Virus record (IMG/VR): IMGVR_UViG_3300023256_001082
Span: 1 to 25,339 of that record
DNA from: a virus
Taxonomy: Duplodnaviria > Caudoviricetes
Direction: 5' to 3' (one strand)
DNA length: 25,339 bases
The stretch's first letter is position 1, and each line of letters begins with the position of its first letter. The translations under genes were made by a program, and so were the position numbers. The notes beneath the pieces are model-generated. The model was not told the origin of the DNA, did not search any database, and saw nothing but the letters and a program-made list of their open reading frames with translations. Below are positions 24,244 through 25,339 of the stretch, piece by piece.

Positions 24244-24564
24244 ATGAAAAAATTAACTAAAAAAGATTATAAAGAAATCGCTGACAATTTAGACCTATCT
24301 CGTCTTTGGGAAGATATTGAAGACGCTATTGATCGCTATTGTGATGACAACAAAATAAAATCCCCAAAAGAACCAATGGTAGCAATGGAAGAAGTATATC
24401 AAATACTTACCAATCAAAAGGAAAAATCAAAAAGCAAAAATATCAAAAAACTAAAAAAGTATATTAAATATGTAGAAGAATATGCCGATGATCACGAAAT
24501 AAAAGGCAATTATCCTGTATGCTATAATGAGTGGCTTAATAATGAGTATGAAGAAAATAAATAA
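24244..24564 (+). CDS. Hypothetical protein
   Basis: ORF track. Confidence 0.7.
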   Translation: MKKLTKKDYKEIADNLDLSRLWEDIEDAIDRYCDDNKIKSPKEPMVAMEEVYQILTNQKEKSKSKNIKKLKKYIKYVEEYADDHEIKGNYPVCYNEWLNNEYEENK

Positions 24565-24711
24565 ATAGAAAAGTATTTAGAGCCAATAGAAGAAGAAAGA
24601 GTTTGGAACAACAAAACAGAAGTATACGAACTTGAAGACACTAATCTTGATAGAGTTGAATTTACGCAGTTGTGTGGGATTTGTAGGACAAAATTAGAAT
24701 ACAAGGGATAA
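24548..24711 (+). pseudogene. Frameshifted small Zn-ribbon-like ORF
   Basis: ATG 24548 (MKKINK) stops at 24566; the -1 frame continues IEKYLEPIEEERVWN...CGICRTKLEYKG with no start of its own. Confidence 0.4.
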
Positions 24712-24712
24712 G

Positions 24713-24726
24713 TGAACCTGTGTTCA
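24713..24726. promoter_or_regulatory. TGAACCTGTGTTCA operator candidate
   Basis: Exact repeat of 19382. Confidence 0.65.
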
Positions 24727-24766
24727 CAAAAAACGAAAGGTCGGAAACTAATTAAGAAACAAAACT

Positions 24767-24973
24767 ATGGAAATACTAATCTTTATATTATTTACTGCCT
24801 TTTGGACTTTCCTTTGCTATCGGATCGCAAATAAAAATGGTAGAGATAAAAACCTTGCTATATTCTTGGGAATATTCTTTGGACTATTCGCTTTAATCGG
24901 ATATTTAATAGCAGGAGAAACAGAAACTAAAAAAATAGAGAGAATTAAAAAAACAACAAAAAGTAAGGAGTAA
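24767..24973 (+). CDS. Small two-TM membrane protein
   Basis: Two hydrophobic segments around IANKNGRD. Confidence 0.75.
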   Translation: MEILIFILFTAFWTFLCYRIANKNGRDKNLAIFLGIFFGLFALIGYLIAGETETKKIERIKKTTKSKE

Positions 24974-25105
24974 TTAAATCTGTGTTCAAAATAGGTTCGG
25001 CACACCACCAGCACGATAAGAAAGGCAATAATGGTAGGTCTTCACCTATGGCATAAAAGTCCTGATATTTGGAAAGGGTATCAGGATTTTTTGTGTTCAA
25101 GAAAC

Positions 25106-25174
25106 TGTGGATAACTCAAAATGTTAGTCGTAAAGTTTTCCACACTTTGACAAATCTCAAAAGTGTTGTGTAAT
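25106..25174 (+). promoter_or_regulatory. Two DnaA boxes and a promoter candidate
   Basis: TGTGGATAA at 25106-25114 (perfect box, inverted), TTTTCCACA at 25136-25144, then TTGACA(25147)-16-TGTAAT. An extended -10 TGTTATAAT also lies at 25260-25268. Confidence 0.55.
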
Positions 25175-25339
25175 GCCAACAAACCCACCTAATCCATTTT
25201 CATAGTCAGGCAATTCACAGGTGGTTAGTCATAAATTGAAAAAGTTGGAAAATCCGATATGTTATAATAAGGATAGTGGGGTAGTCCCTATCAACCCCCT
25301 AACCGAGAACTCGGTGGGAAGTTCTTTAAAAATAAATAT

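Noticed and set aside
16872-25014. Minus-strand ORFs 16872, 20646, 23683, 24522 and 24817
   Set aside because: Antisense to plus-strand ORFs or coding-like frames in a uniformly plus-strand region.
1-25339. Alternative genetic code, tRNA/rRNA genes, transposase or reverse transcriptase
   Set aside because: TAA, TAG and TGA all end genes cleanly with tight packing; no cloverleaf, rRNA or such enzyme motifs were recognised by eye.

Overview
AT-rich segment of a tailed dsDNA phage (or prophage) genome with two divergent halves meeting at a control region near 13.0-13.6 kb. The minus-strand left half is a late operon: DUF935/Mu-gp29-like portal, a hidden Zn-ribbon ORF, a multidomain AAA+ ATPase, a double (HK97-type plus Mu-gpI-type) prohead protease/scaffold, a head-decoration protein ending in a poly-Ser tail and a Mu-gpT-like major capsid protein. 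These are followed directly by a nucleotide-heptose/sugar cluster: methyltransferase-HldC fusion, HldA kinase, cupin-HAD fusion, HldD epimerase, SWIM protein and WecB. The plus-strand right half is an early region of about 35 small ORFs, including Ocr-like, beta-clamp-like, DUF3846 and P-loop ATPase genes. Two candidate new systems stand out. (1) Many early genes end in a ~60-nt stem-loop that starts at the stop codon, and in 7 cases the apical loop is complementary to a gene-specific motif just upstream of the start codon of that same gene or gene pair. Five different sequence pairs occur, which suggests 5'-3' kissing-loop closure of individual mRNAs. (2) A self-contained phage ADP-heptose pathway sits beside a poly-Ser capsid protein, suggesting virion heptosylation, with a cupin-HAD fusion possibly replacing GmhA and GmhB. 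Sigma70-type promoters, DnaA boxes, rare Shine-Dalgarno sites and GAAC-N4-GTTC operators are also present. All family calls come from motif recognition by eye; no searches or folding computations were run.
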